A stretch of DNA of 64,000 bases, taken from positions 310,001-374,000 of the forward strand of contig JAANOX010000238.1 of NCBI GenBank assembly GCA_020184695.1. The letters are read 5' to 3'. Below are positions 10,959 to 21,927 of this stretch, piece by piece. The notes beneath the pieces were generated by a model. The model was not told the origin of the DNA, did no database searches, and was given only the letters and a program-made list of their open reading frames with translations. Within the stretch, counting starts at the first letter, position 1. Every line of letters starts with the position of its first letter. Made by a program: the position numbers and the translations under genes. This DNA comes from Histomonas meleagridis 2922-C6/04-290x. Taxonomy: Eukaryota > Protista > Parabasalia.

Positions 10959-11143
10959 AACCGCAGAATCAAAAACTTTTGATTTGTTATACACACAATT
11001 TTCAATACTAACCACCCCAATTCAGAATGGTATCTGTCATTTTGGCATAACAACCGCATTTTTTACCGGCCGATGCCCAGAAAAAGCCTGTGAATTGAAT
11101 GTAAATTAATCGGTACGAATGGAATTAAACATAACCGCAGAAT
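10959..11143. promoter_or_regulatory. Cluster of AACCGCA/TGCGGTT sites (Myb-recognition, M3-like)
   Basis: AACCGCAGAAT at 10959 and 11133, plus AACCGCA near 11053. The reverse complement fits the trichomonad M3 consensus (D-R-C-S-G-Y-T-D). Related sites at 50184, 54312 and 61529. Confidence 0.4.
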
Positions 11144-11875
11144 GCATTGAAATTAATCCAGATTTCAAAATCTTATGCTCAAAAAGTTGGAATAATTCGG
11201 ATCAAATTTCAGAGAGGGTTTCTTTTAAAACAACTATCAAAATATTTTGATTCGTAAAGAGAAAAAACAATCAACGCATTATGCAAACCAATGCCCTATA
11301 TGATAAAAATTATTAGGATACTTAATTGCAATGTTTTTCAAAAATAAACCAAATTATTTATGAAATTTATTCATAAAAACAAAGATTACCATAGAAACAT
11401 CATATATAATAAATACAATTTATATGGCATATGAATGATTTTCATTATTTATAATATTCATACGTATCTTTTCCAAAATATCAAATCTTTCAGTATCATC
11501 AAAGAAAAATCAACAATTTTAAATTCATGAAACATTAAACACATTTGTAATAACATATTTAAAAGCATTTTTACATTTTATGCATAATTTATTAAATTAT
11601 AACAAAAGCATTTTTTTTTCTCCAGGCAATTTTTAAACACATCATTTCCCTTTAAAAATTTTTATATAAAAAATATTTCAAACATCATATTATGAATGCT
11701 AAAAGCTTTCAAAACAGTTAATTCATAAATCACCAATACTATAAAAAAGCATCTAGCAAGATAATTATGCTCATAACAATCAATGATTTTTAAACAAATA
11801 TTTTCTCATTCCATTGTTTAAAATAATATTTATTATTCAAAAAATATATTATTTTAATTACTTTTTACAAACAAA

Positions 11876-12508
11876 TTAAAATTTTATGCTCTTAAAGACC
11901 GCAGAGACCCACTTTGGTGCGCTTAGCATTGGCTTCCCATATTTCACGCCAACAACATCATGAACAAAGAAGTACACATGTCCTATAGCGTATGCGATGA
12001 AATTTGTTACCAATGCAATTTTACCATTTTCGATGTAATTAATTGCGAGTGTGACCATTGGTAAATATTGTGCTTGAATTGGAATCGGCAAGGAAAACAT
12101 TTGTATCTTCTGATCACCGAAATGTTTGGACCAATAATATGTAATATATGGAACTAATAACTGCCCAATAAATACTATATGAAAAATAGGTGACAAAAAG
12201 TAAAAACATAAAATACCAAACATGAGGAAAATTAAGAAATTTTCTGGCCTTCCTGTAAAAATACCTGATTCTACTGTTGATGAAAATTGTGCGATATTGT
12301 ATAAGGAAAGAATGAGTGATATTTTGAAATCGCCAAAGTAAAAAGGCGATGAGAGAAATCTCCAATATTGCCCATATTCAAAAATCATTTTAGGACTAAA
12401 TGATAGATAATGAATTGGGACTACATTAAAATATGTGAGTATAGACATCGATACTGAAACTAATATAATAGCTTTTGTTATTGGTGCTGATGTGATGCTG
12501 TCAAACAT
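11876..12508 (-). CDS. DER1: Derlin (DER1 family ERAD membrane protein)
   Basis: 210 aa: PITK, GQYWRF.SS.FYFG (WR motif), Y..YYWS, I.I.AQYLP, IGHVYFF. Confidence 0.9.
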   Translation of the reverse strand: MFDSITSAPITKAIILVSVSMSILTYFNVVPIHYLSFSPKMIFEYGQYWRFLSSPFYFGDFKISLILSLYNIAQFSSTVESGIFTGRPENFLIFLMFGILCFYFLSPIFHIVFIGQLLVPYITYYWSKHFGDQKIQMFSLPIPIQAQYLPMVTLAINYIENGKIALVTNFIAYAIGHVYFFVHDVVGVKYGKPMLSAPKWVSAVFKSIKF

Positions 12509-12650
12509 TGTTTTGATTTATTTGTCTGGTCGGATTCATTCTCAATGCATTTTTGTTCAGACAAATAAAAATTGAATCCTTATGTGGCTCGATAACCGTC
12601 GGTGGGGGGCTCCGAATCATTGAATACATTACATATTTATCGTTGAACAA

Positions 12651-13274
12651 ATGGGATTTTTTTATTTGTTGATTTGCATTTCTTTCCAATTCAAATTAAA
12701 TAAAAATATTATCGGAGAATGGGAAATATATGATGATTATAAATCCAAAAAATCACTTTATTATATTGAATTTCATAAAGATAATGGAATAATTGTTGGT
12801 TCCATTTGGAATAATACAAACACTCCAAGCAAAACAGTTCAGGATCCAGATGATTTTGTTCTTACCTTTTTTGAAATATTTTTTGAAACAGATTCAAAAG
12901 GCACATTTAAATATGGCAAAAAATCTGTAGATTTTAATTTCCAAACAACATCACAACAGCTTTTTTCGACTGGGTTATTTGATGGAGGCAAATATTCCAT
13001 AACTTTTTCTGATGAAAAAAATGCAGAAATTATTTTTGACTTCAATGGAATCAAAACAAACTTAAAAGCACAAAAGAGGGAAGAAATTCCTGTCCAAAGG
13101 AACATGAAAAAATTATTCTTTATTTCTTATATTGTATCAATGACATTTATTTTCTTATTCACAGTTAAAACATTTTGCTTTGGTAAGCAATCGCCGCCAC
13201 CAAATGCAGATCAGCGAACCAAAGCAAATGCCAACACGAAAGAAGAAACGCATGAAAAGCTTCACAAAGATTAA
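12651..13274 (+). CDS. Hypothetical type I membrane protein (signal peptide, GxW, one TM, KxHxx tail)
   Basis: 207 aa; hydrophobic N-terminus, NIIGEWEI, TM near aa 156-178, ends EKLHKD. Confidence 0.75.
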   Translation: MGFFYLLICISFQFKLNKNIIGEWEIYDDYKSKKSLYYIEFHKDNGIIVGSIWNNTNTPSKTVQDPDDFVLTFFEIFFETDSKGTFKYGKKSVDFNFQTTSQQLFSTGLFDGGKYSITFSDEKNAEIIFDFNGIKTNLKAQKREEIPVQRNMKKLFFISYIVSMTFIFLFTVKTFCFGKQSPPPNADQRTKANANTKEETHEKLHKD

Positions 13275-13351
13275 AAATATAAAATTTTTAGCGAAATTTA
13301 AAAATATTTTTGAAAGTTTACGAATAAACAAATTAAAATGTGATGACGTTT

Positions 13352-14050
13352 TTAGTCTGTTTTTTCTTTTTTATGTTCTTTTTCTTTTTCATTTTCAGTC
13401 TCTTCTTCTTCTTCTTTTACTTCTTCAACTTTTGGCTTTTCATTTTGTTTTGCATCTTTTTGTTCTTTGGCTTTCTTGGCAGCCTCTGCTTGTCTTTTCA
13501 TCATTTTGCTTTGATTGTAAAATGAGAAAATTTGTACAGCGATGAAAACAACGATCATTATGATCATTTGTGCATTAGCCTTGTACCATGGTAATGGTGT
13601 ACGATCAATGTCTTTTATAAGATTGACAACTATGTTTTGATTGGTTTCTGTATCAAAGAGATTTATAATTATGATTGTAGCTGATTGAATAATAATGTTA
13701 TAAACATAGTTTTGGAATTTACCTGTTGCAGTGACATGTTGGCGGAGGGATTGTGCTTGGGATTTGATACCAGTTTCTGCTTCTTCATTTGATAAAATCA
13801 TTGAATGCTCATCCTCCAAAAATTGTAATGTAAATGATTGAATTTCTTCCTCAGTTTCATTTGATTCATATATGTTTGCAACGCTTTGTTTGTTTCCTAT
13901 TGGTGAAATTCTGAGATAATAGTCTTTTTGTTGTTTTGCAGAGTCAATTATTTCAATTGACCAATTTCCATTAAGAACTGCAGCAAATTGATTTTTTGGC
14001 CTATTGTTTCCAAAAAGAGATAAGCCAAAGCAGAAGAAAAGCGTGATCAT
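13352..14050 (-). CDS. Hypothetical type I membrane protein (signal peptide, GxW, one TM, KxKxx tail)
   Basis: 232 aa; hydrophobic N-terminus, VLNGNWSI, TM IIMIVVFIAVQIFSF, charged tail ending KEKTD. Confidence 0.78.
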   Translation of the reverse strand: MITLFFCFGLSLFGNNRPKNQFAAVLNGNWSIEIIDSAKQQKDYYLRISPIGNKQSVANIYESNETEEEIQSFTLQFLEDEHSMILSNEEAETGIKSQAQSLRQHVTATGKFQNYVYNIIIQSATIIIINLFDTETNQNIVVNLIKDIDRTPLPWYKANAQMIIMIVVFIAVQIFSFYNQSKMMKRQAEAAKKAKEQKDAKQNEKPKVEEVKEEEEETENEKEKEHKKEKTD

Positions 14051-14232
14051 AACCCAGTTGGCCGTGACACTTTTCTTGAATCGTAGAAACCGTTTATTTA
14101 AATATGAAAACGAGCATAAATGATTTGGCGTTCAATGCTTTAACAAAAACAAATTAAATTCCACAAACATTGTGCGCTTTGAAAATATAATTTTAAAATA
14201 CCGTAAATTTTGAATTTACTGATAATCAAACA

Positions 14233-17200
14233 TCAAATTTTTGACCTAAATTCCGATTTTCTCTGCGTTCTTAGCTTACTTTGTAAGTACCTTAGCTTAG
14301 ATGAATTGTCGGCTGTGATCTGTGGATTCAATACAAATGAATCAATTGAGTTCAATGATTCTTGTGAAAGCTTATACTCCATTGCCAATGCGGCTTCACA
14401 AAATACTGTGAAAACGCTGACATTTTTCTGGTTAATAATTTCATTATTAATTATTTGCTCGAAGTTCTTTTGGTCAGCAATAGCCGAGTATATTTCATTT
14501 TGTGATGCCTTAATGATGATCTTGCCGGCTGCATGCTTTGCGTACATGTCTCCATTTTCGATTGATTTCAATAATACATCAAATACTCGACCTGATAATC
14601 GAGAAGTTGGTGGTGGAAGATGACAAGTAGAAAGAACTTGGAGTGCTAGTCCGCTATATGGAGTGTTTGATTCTGCCAATCTAAGTAAATGTGGATAAAT
14701 AGATTGGAAAAGAGGGTTTTCATGTTCTTGTTCATTAGAAAGATTATAAAGGATACCTAAGAGGAGAGTCAATTCGAGTTCTGTGCAATAAGATTCCTTT
14801 AAAAGGTTCAATAATTCAGTAACTATTTCTTTCCTATCTTCGAACTGTGTATAAGAAGAAAGTACACCAATTATTCTAAGGACCACCTCAACATACTTTC
14901 TTTCTTTGAGGAACTTTAAACAAGTTTCTATTACGAAATTTAATTCTAAAGTTTCTTTTGGATAGAAACCGCCCAGCGGGATGAAAAGTGCCAATACTTT
15001 CGGGTGCCCTATATTTTTCTGAAGGAACTCCTTTTTTGACAAGATAACCGCCGCCGATTGAGGGAATGTACAAATTTTGTATAAGATTTTACCCTTTAAG
15101 TCTATATCGGCGTTTACATCGAACACATCATTAACGAATTTGGGGTACCCTATTACCACTTTTAACACGTCATGAGGAATTGCATCTATAAGTAATAAAG
15201 CGCAAGTTTTGCTTTCTATTGAAGCGCTTTTATTTGCCAAAACGTTACAAATTTGTAAGATGTCATCGTTACCCATTTTACCCTTAAACGCATCGAACGA
15301 AAGAAGTTTTAGAACGAGTTCTGTCGAACCCATAGATATTGCGAATTTTGTTGTTAGTTCTGAAGCTAAAGCATTGTCTATACCTTCTTTAGCTAAGTAA
15401 GTTGCCAACAACAACGAACGACTTTCGAGTTGACTTCTTTTTTTGTTGTACGAAATTATTTCATGCAAATATTTTCCGATTACAGAGTAGCCTTTGAATT
15501 CCGTCTTCTTCAATACTGTCATTGACAATTTATATTTTCCTATTTTTAATAGCGACGAAAGAATTATTTCCGTTTGATCATTATCTAATGTATCAAGTAA
15601 ATGTTTGATTAATGCGCATCCATATTTACGTGTTGATTTTGATTTTAATAACTTCGTTATCGCTTCGACACCATTCGAAAATAAAAATGATTTCTTCGAT
15701 TCATTCGTTTGAAGTGTTTGGATTAATAAAGTAACAATTTTAGAGACATCATTCAGTTTCCCTAATGCAAATGTCGCCGTTTCGATAAATCCTAATTGTT
15801 GTAATGAATCTATCATCTCAGGGCTCTTTAAGATTGTATCTATACATTGATTAACATTTTGCATGTTTGGCTTCTTCATTGATATTAATCGAATGATTTT
15901 CTCAGGTTCAGTTTCATTCTTAGTTAAACTTTGCGGTTCTTGTTCATCATTATTATTATTAGAATGACCCGAAATTTCATTAGTATAGAAATCTTCTACA
16001 AGTTCTTTGTTTGTCCCATAAAAACAAATTCTTTCCGATTCCATTCTTCGAAGAATTTGACTAAACGAGGGGCGGTTTTCGGGTTCGTTACCCCAGCAAT
16101 CGGTTATCAACTTTTTCAATGGCTTCGGGGTGGTCTTCGGAATGTTCGGGCGCACCCCGTTTCGTATCAATTCAATTATTTTGAATTGATCGTATTTCTG
16201 AGCTCGAAATGGAACTTCACAAGTGACCATCTCCCATAACATCATCCCGTAAGAAAAGACATCCACCTTTAAGGTATAGCTTGCTTTAGATGTCTTACAA
16301 AGCTCAGGTGCCATATAGTTAACTGTCCCAATTAGTCCAGTCATTGGAGTATTTCCTTGTGTAATTTTCCTGGAAATTCCAAAATCGCAAATTTTCGGTT
16401 CGTTATTTTCGTCGAGTAAAATATTTAATGTCTTTAAGTCTCTATGAATTATCTTCTTCGAATGTAGAAAGGCCATTCCTTCTGCTATATGATATGCTAT
16501 CTTCGTCTTGTCAAGTGGTGTAAGATCAGTTTTGTTCTTGACTCGATGATATAATGACTTGCCAGGCATATACTTAGTGATGATCCAATATGGTGCGATG
16601 TTTGTAGCGCCAACAAATGGGACTAAATATGGATGTTTAAGTGCACTTAAGACTGCGATCTCGCGTTTGAAGGATTCGAGTTCTTGAGGACTAAGATCAA
16701 CATTCTTAAGTTGTTTGATTGCAACTGTTTCTTTGGTACGAAGATCTGTGCCAATGTAAACAATCCCCGCTGAACCAACGCCAATCTGTTTTTGAATGGA
16801 AAAATCATTGTGATGCACAATATAGTCAACAGTACCATGGAAAATGTCAATGGAAATTGATTCATCACTTGAAGGAATTGGAATTCCGTTATTATGCATA
16901 TAGATGGTTATCGATTTAAGCCTTTCTTCAAGTTTGGATGAGCTTTGCTTGGATGACTTGAAGATCCTGTACAGTGATGTAATGTCTTCAGAAATAATTT
17001 GTTGGGAAGGACGATATGGTTTAACATCAAGTTGTAGATTGTTGAGAATAGTATATATGTTGTCCATAATACTAGACACATCATCAATTGGTTTAGTTAC
17101 TGACCATTCAAGAGCTACAGAACCCCAAAAATCTTTGCTCAACATTTGAACAATATTATTCAATTTGGTTAGAGAAGAAAGCAAGCTCTCATAGCTACTC

Positions 17201-17412
17201 TCTTGTTCGGTTGTAAGTGTTCCTTTAGCTGGTTTTGATTGTTTAATCGATTTTAAATATTGATTAAGAGAAATATAAACTTGTTCGCATTCTTTCTGGT
17301 AAACAACAGCTTCGTTTAGTTCTGCTTTGATACGTGTAATGAAATTATAGATATTCTTTAATATTTGTGGAGTTTTTCCACTCATATTAATACGATAGAC
17401 ATTTGAATACAT
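14233..17412 (-). CDS. TKL-family protein kinase with N-terminal helical bundle and C-terminal ARM/HEAT-like region
   Basis: 1059 aa: IGVGSAGIVY, VAIK, HRDLKTLN, ICDFG, GTVNYMAPE, DVFSYG..LWEMVT, CW..EPENRP. The alternative start is 17385 (MSGK). Leu-rich helical C-terminal half. Confidence 0.93.
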   Translation of the reverse strand: MYSNVYRINMSGKTPQILKNIYNFITRIKAELNEAVVYQKECEQVYISLNQYLKSIKQSKPAKGTLTTEQESSYESLLSSLTKLNNIVQMLSKDFWGSVALEWSVTKPIDDVSSIMDNIYTILNNLQLDVKPYRPSQQIISEDITSLYRIFKSSKQSSSKLEERLKSITIYMHNNGIPIPSSDESISIDIFHGTVDYIVHHNDFSIQKQIGVGSAGIVYIGTDLRTKETVAIKQLKNVDLSPQELESFKREIAVLSALKHPYLVPFVGATNIAPYWIITKYMPGKSLYHRVKNKTDLTPLDKTKIAYHIAEGMAFLHSKKIIHRDLKTLNILLDENNEPKICDFGISRKITQGNTPMTGLIGTVNYMAPELCKTSKASYTLKVDVFSYGMMLWEMVTCEVPFRAQKYDQFKIIELIRNGVRPNIPKTTPKPLKKLITDCWGNEPENRPSFSQILRRMESERICFYGTNKELVEDFYTNEISGHSNNNNDEQEPQSLTKNETEPEKIIRLISMKKPNMQNVNQCIDTILKSPEMIDSLQQLGFIETATFALGKLNDVSKIVTLLIQTLQTNESKKSFLFSNGVEAITKLLKSKSTRKYGCALIKHLLDTLDNDQTEIILSSLLKIGKYKLSMTVLKKTEFKGYSVIGKYLHEIISYNKKRSQLESRSLLLATYLAKEGIDNALASELTTKFAISMGSTELVLKLLSFDAFKGKMGNDDILQICNVLANKSASIESKTCALLLIDAIPHDVLKVVIGYPKFVNDVFDVNADIDLKGKILYKICTFPQSAAVILSKKEFLQKNIGHPKVLALFIPLGGFYPKETLELNFVIETCLKFLKERKYVEVVLRIIGVLSSYTQFEDRKEIVTELLNLLKESYCTELELTLLLGILYNLSNEQEHENPLFQSIYPHLLRLAESNTPYSGLALQVLSTCHLPPPTSRLSGRVFDVLLKSIENGDMYAKHAAGKIIIKASQNEIYSAIADQKNFEQIINNEIINQKNVSVFTVFCEAALAMEYKLSQESLNSIDSFVLNPQITADNSSKLRYLQSKLRTQRKSEFRSKI

Positions 17413-18671
17413 ATAATATCCGAAAATTCAACACATTTTTTAATGAAAAACGATCAAGATGTAATTAACATAATTTGTTTACTCATAAAAATGTTGATTT
17501 AAGTTATAATACCTTCAATACTTTGAGAACATATTTTCTTATTCATGAATAACAAAATTCCAAAAACATCGGAATCTGAAATCCATAAATTATCATTATA
17601 TAAAAAATCTTTATTTATAGACATGAGAGTATCTTGGTTATTTGTGCTTCAAAAAACATATCAAAGCCAAGCTTTGGGGTTTTGTTCGCATTTTTAATAG
17701 ATTTTATCTGAGAAATTTCATCCAAACCCAGTTCAGTTATATATAAAAAATAATGGAATGATTATAATCATTTAACTTTAAAAGTGAAATGAAACTTGGT
17801 ATTTTCATATTTAGTTTCCTTTAGTCTATGTATGCATCAGACCGGTTCGATGTGAATAATTTTTTTCTTATTCTGTGAAATATGATGTTATCACATACAG
17901 AAGAAAGACTACTTAAGTAGTAAACATTTTATACTCATTTAAATATTGATATATCTTTTGCCTTCTAAAAAAATTATGCATTTTTATCATAATGTCTTAA
18001 AATTTCGGATATTTTCTTATATATAATTTAACATTTACTTTTCTTGTAATCTATATATTAATTTTTTATTTAAATTACGCCAGAACACATTCACATTTGA
18101 ATTTATGCATATCTATCCAATGTTATTTCTGTTTTATTAGATTTTTTCCAATTTGTTTCACTTCTTATTAAACTTTACAATAAATTATTTAAAATCATAA
18201 CAACATCATTTCTTAAAGGTACTTCATTAACATTTGAAATTCGGATGTAGTTATTAGAAATGGCCACTTTTACGAATGAAATGTTGGAATAGTTTTCATA
18301 TATAAGAACACATGATTCTGTTAATTCGATAAGGACGAGAAAAGAGCTTAATTATATAATATCTTGAATTTTTATTAATACAAAGGAATTCTACAATCAA
18401 AAAATTCTATGTGCTACAATCGGAAATCATTGGATGTACAGATGTTAACATCGAAACATAACTATAATAATTATCGAAGAATCTGTACGAATTTCTGAAA
18501 CTGAAATGATACCAATCTAAATGTAACACATATACAAATGAATTCTCTTTAAATTTCCATCACATGTTTCAGTGCATTATTTACATTCATAACATTGTTT
18601 ATACTTAAAATGATATTTAAGAAAAAATCGTGAAATGTAAACTAATGTTTATTATTAGTTTTGCTTATTTT

Positions 18672-19589
18672 TCATAATTCGATATCCTTTTCTTCGACGT
18701 AATTTCCTTCACTGCGGGCTTGTTTGTTATTTCTTTTACGAATCACTAATAATACTATTAAAACGGCAATTAATATCACAACGACAGGAACACATATTCC
18801 AACAGCTATTGAGACGGTGTTATCATTGTTTTCAGTTTCACTTGTTTCGAATGTGTTATCATCATTTGATGTAAACAATGATTGCGCGATTTTACTTATT
18901 CGGAAGCTAACAATAGAAAAAGTGAAATTAGATAATAATAAGTGATAACTGAGTCATAATAAGATATTTGTGTATCTACATATATTATTCGTTTATATAG
19001 TTCACCACATCTTGTTATTCTACGAAACAAATGTATTTTTGAATTTGATATGAAAATTGAAACAGTGACTGAATTTGTAAGTGATAATGAATTAATTAAT
19101 GCAATGGATCAATGTCAGATCAAATTGTAATGATGGATTAAATGTATTCGACTGAGTAAATGTATTTGACTGTGAATATGTATTCGATTGAGTAAAAGAT
19201 TTCATTATTAATGAAGGACATCCTTCAACTGTAGCTCCTTTTAATACTTTCAATGTTACAAATGTTTCACCAGTATACGTATATAATGTCATGACATACT
19301 TTGCGGGAACACCATCAAAAACATGTGATCCATATTCTAATGGATCGTAGTCACCATAATAATTAATACAACTTAAATTAGAACAATATCTAAATGCATT
19401 TTGCCCAATATAAGTAACAGAAGATGGAATTTCAATATTTGTTAAAGAAGTACAAGAAGAAAATGCATTTTGCCCAATATAAGTAACAGAAGATGGAATT
19501 TCAATATTTGTTAAAGAAGTACAAGAAGAAAATGCATAACTTCCAATTGAAGTAACAGAAGATGGAATTTCAATATTTGTTAATGAAGT
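18672..19589 (-). pseudogene. 5'-truncated BspA-like (TpLRR/LRR_5) surface protein with S/T stalk and TM
   Basis: Frame 19589-19092 has no upstream ATG and reads (TSLTNIEIPSSVT.IG..AFSSC)x3, then SNTFTQSNTF. A broken stalk follows, then TM IAVGICVPVVVILIAVLIVLLVI and a short tail. Confidence 0.8.
19383..19589 (-). repeat. Three 69-nt (23-aa) BspA LRR tandem units
   Basis: Near-identical 69-nt period, e.g. AATGCATTTTGCCCAATATAAG at 19393 and 19462. Confidence 0.9.
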
Positions 19590-20588
19590 TCAATATTCAA
19601 TATTGAATTCACTACGTTTTCAAATCAAGACAAAATTGTATGTGTATTTAAACTTTTTGAGAAGCTTCAAAAAAAGCTTGTAGGTGTTGCAACATGTGTG
19701 GCGTAATTTTGCATCGGTTCTTCAAACATATCATTTTCTTCAAAAATTTATCTTAATGTGTTCAAATAATTTGCTAATATCCATAGCGAAGATTAAATTC
19801 TAGATTATTATTGTTTTTGAATATTTATAAAATAATCAATAACTTTGATATAAGATCGTTTCTTTAGGATAGAGTCAACCAATGATCCTTCATAATTTTT
19901 TTCGAATATAAATTTATATGCAAAATTAATAATACTGAATAGGCTATCCTACATAACAGTTATACAGGAAGAATTCATATTTTTAACTTTTAATGCCTTC
20001 GATTGAAAAAAGTTATCCATTTTTTCTCATGAGAAAAGTGGATTCCTTCCCCAAAATTGTTTTATAAGCTGTAATTCAAGACTAATCTCAGCACACTTTA
20101 ATGTTTCAGAAGGTAATGTTTGGAAAATTTTTCCAAAGCTAAGAAAAAATTAAAAACCTGTAGGGAGACCGTTTGCATTATATAAAAATGAATAAAAACA
20201 ACTGATTGGCATTATTTAGAAAAAAGAAACAGGTGAATTTATGACACAACGGCAGATATTAAAGAAGTATTTGGAAAAGTATCAACAACAGGATGGTCAA
20301 GTATTCTTTTAAGATAAGATTTAAAGGGAATAAATAGGAAATCCAAATGATATGAAATATTATTTGATAAAACATTTTTGAATTTTCAAAATGTGATGAA
20401 TTGAATAAAAAGGAATCAATTAATTTCTTAAATAATTTTTTGTTGACTTAAAATGTTCGTAATAAATTTGGTACTTTAATATATAAATGAGGATTTGTCT
20501 AAAAAATATAACATATTATAACCGCTTATTGTACAATTTCTATCGTTATAGGGCAGCCCAAAAATGCACGTTATTGACTTCCCAAAAA

Positions 20589-21653
20589 ATGTCTGTAGAA
20601 AGATTAAAAGCAATTGTCGAGAAAGGAAATCTTCTAAACATAAAATTATCAGCTGATTCTCTATCAAGTACTCTTGATGAAATTATGAAAACTCTTAAAG
20701 AACAAAAAAAGCAAATATTATCATTAGAAGAACAAATTAACCAAAAATGTAACAAAGATGACTTTGATGCATTCAAAAATATATGCATGAATGAAATAAA
20801 ACAAATAAATGAAAACATTCCAAATATTGATAAAAAACTTGGGTTAATTCATACTGAAATTGATCAAAAAAATAAAACACTAAAGAAAGATCTTGAAAAA
20901 TATGTTGATTCCACTATATCATCCAATAATGTCACTATTGTTCAAAAGATGGATACGTTATCTGCCGAAATAATTTTAATGTCACAATCAATAAAAAATG
21001 TTGACAAAAAAGTTGGCACTGGTACTAATCCAAAAGGTAATGATGACGAAATAATAAAGAAAATCAAATCTATTGAAGATCGCATTCAAAATAACCAAAA
21101 AAATGCAACTTCTACACAAATTGAAGATGAAATCCAAGAAATTAAATATGAAATTCAACAACTTAATGACAAAATGATCGATCAGATGATATCATCTGAT
21201 TATCATCCACCACTTCCAATTGAAAGAAATGTTAAAACTGAACCAATTCATGCTCCTATAAAGTTAAATGAACTTCCAACTAACATTGAAACCATCGAAG
21301 AAAATGAAACGAATGAATTTAATGAAGTACAAAATACTATTTCACATATATATGAATTCATTGAAGAAGAAAACCATATTCTAACTTCAAAAATTGAGCG
21401 TAAAGCTGAGAATACACTTGTTGAGAGAATGTTTGAGAAATTGCGATTGATGATTGCGAAAGTTGGAGAAGAATTAAATGACCAAAAGAAACAAATAAAT
21501 AAAAAAATGGGAAAAAATGAGGCTGAAAAATTCTTCTCAGAACGGCTGAAAGAATTTTTGGCAGCTGGCCATGGGAAGGCGTGCCTCGTATGCGGAAGTA
21601 AGAGAATAAATCCAGTACAAACAGATATAATAATCAAAAAAGAAAACATTTAG
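20589..21653 (+). CDS. Coiled-coil protein with C-terminal CxxC
   Basis: ORF has ATGs at 20487 and 20589 (MSVERLK, preferred). Long heptad repeats and a C-terminal ERKA...AAGHGKACLVCG segment. Confidence 0.75.
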   Translation: MSVERLKAIVEKGNLLNIKLSADSLSSTLDEIMKTLKEQKKQILSLEEQINQKCNKDDFDAFKNICMNEIKQINENIPNIDKKLGLIHTEIDQKNKTLKKDLEKYVDSTISSNNVTIVQKMDTLSAEIILMSQSIKNVDKKVGTGTNPKGNDDEIIKKIKSIEDRIQNNQKNATSTQIEDEIQEIKYEIQQLNDKMIDQMISSDYHPPLPIERNVKTEPIHAPIKLNELPTNIETIEENETNEFNEVQNTISHIYEFIEEENHILTSKIERKAENTLVERMFEKLRLMIAKVGEELNDQKKQINKKMGKNEAEKFFSERLKEFLAAGHGKACLVCGSKRINPVQTDIIIKKENI

Positions 21654-21927
21654 ATTGGAAATAATTTTTTGTAATAAAAAGCTTTTATTGTATTTTATTA
21701 CATCTTTACTTAAAATAACCAATAATTAGTTAATTTTCAAAATTGATTTGATCAAATCTTAAAATACAAATTACTGTTTTGCTTAAAACTGAGTTATGTA
21801 TAAAACAAGCACTAAAGCTTGAAATCTTTCCAAAATAACTTTGAAAATATGAGTTACGGGTGTATTTTTAGGTTCCAAAATTGAACTTTCGTTTTCGCTC
21901 TCAATTTTGAATTTAACGTCTTTTATT

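Noticed and set aside
10959-11143. Recurrent AACCGCAGAA as a novel motif
   Set aside because: Its reverse complement fits the known trichomonad M3/Myb recognition element, so it is listed as a feature rather than a novelty.
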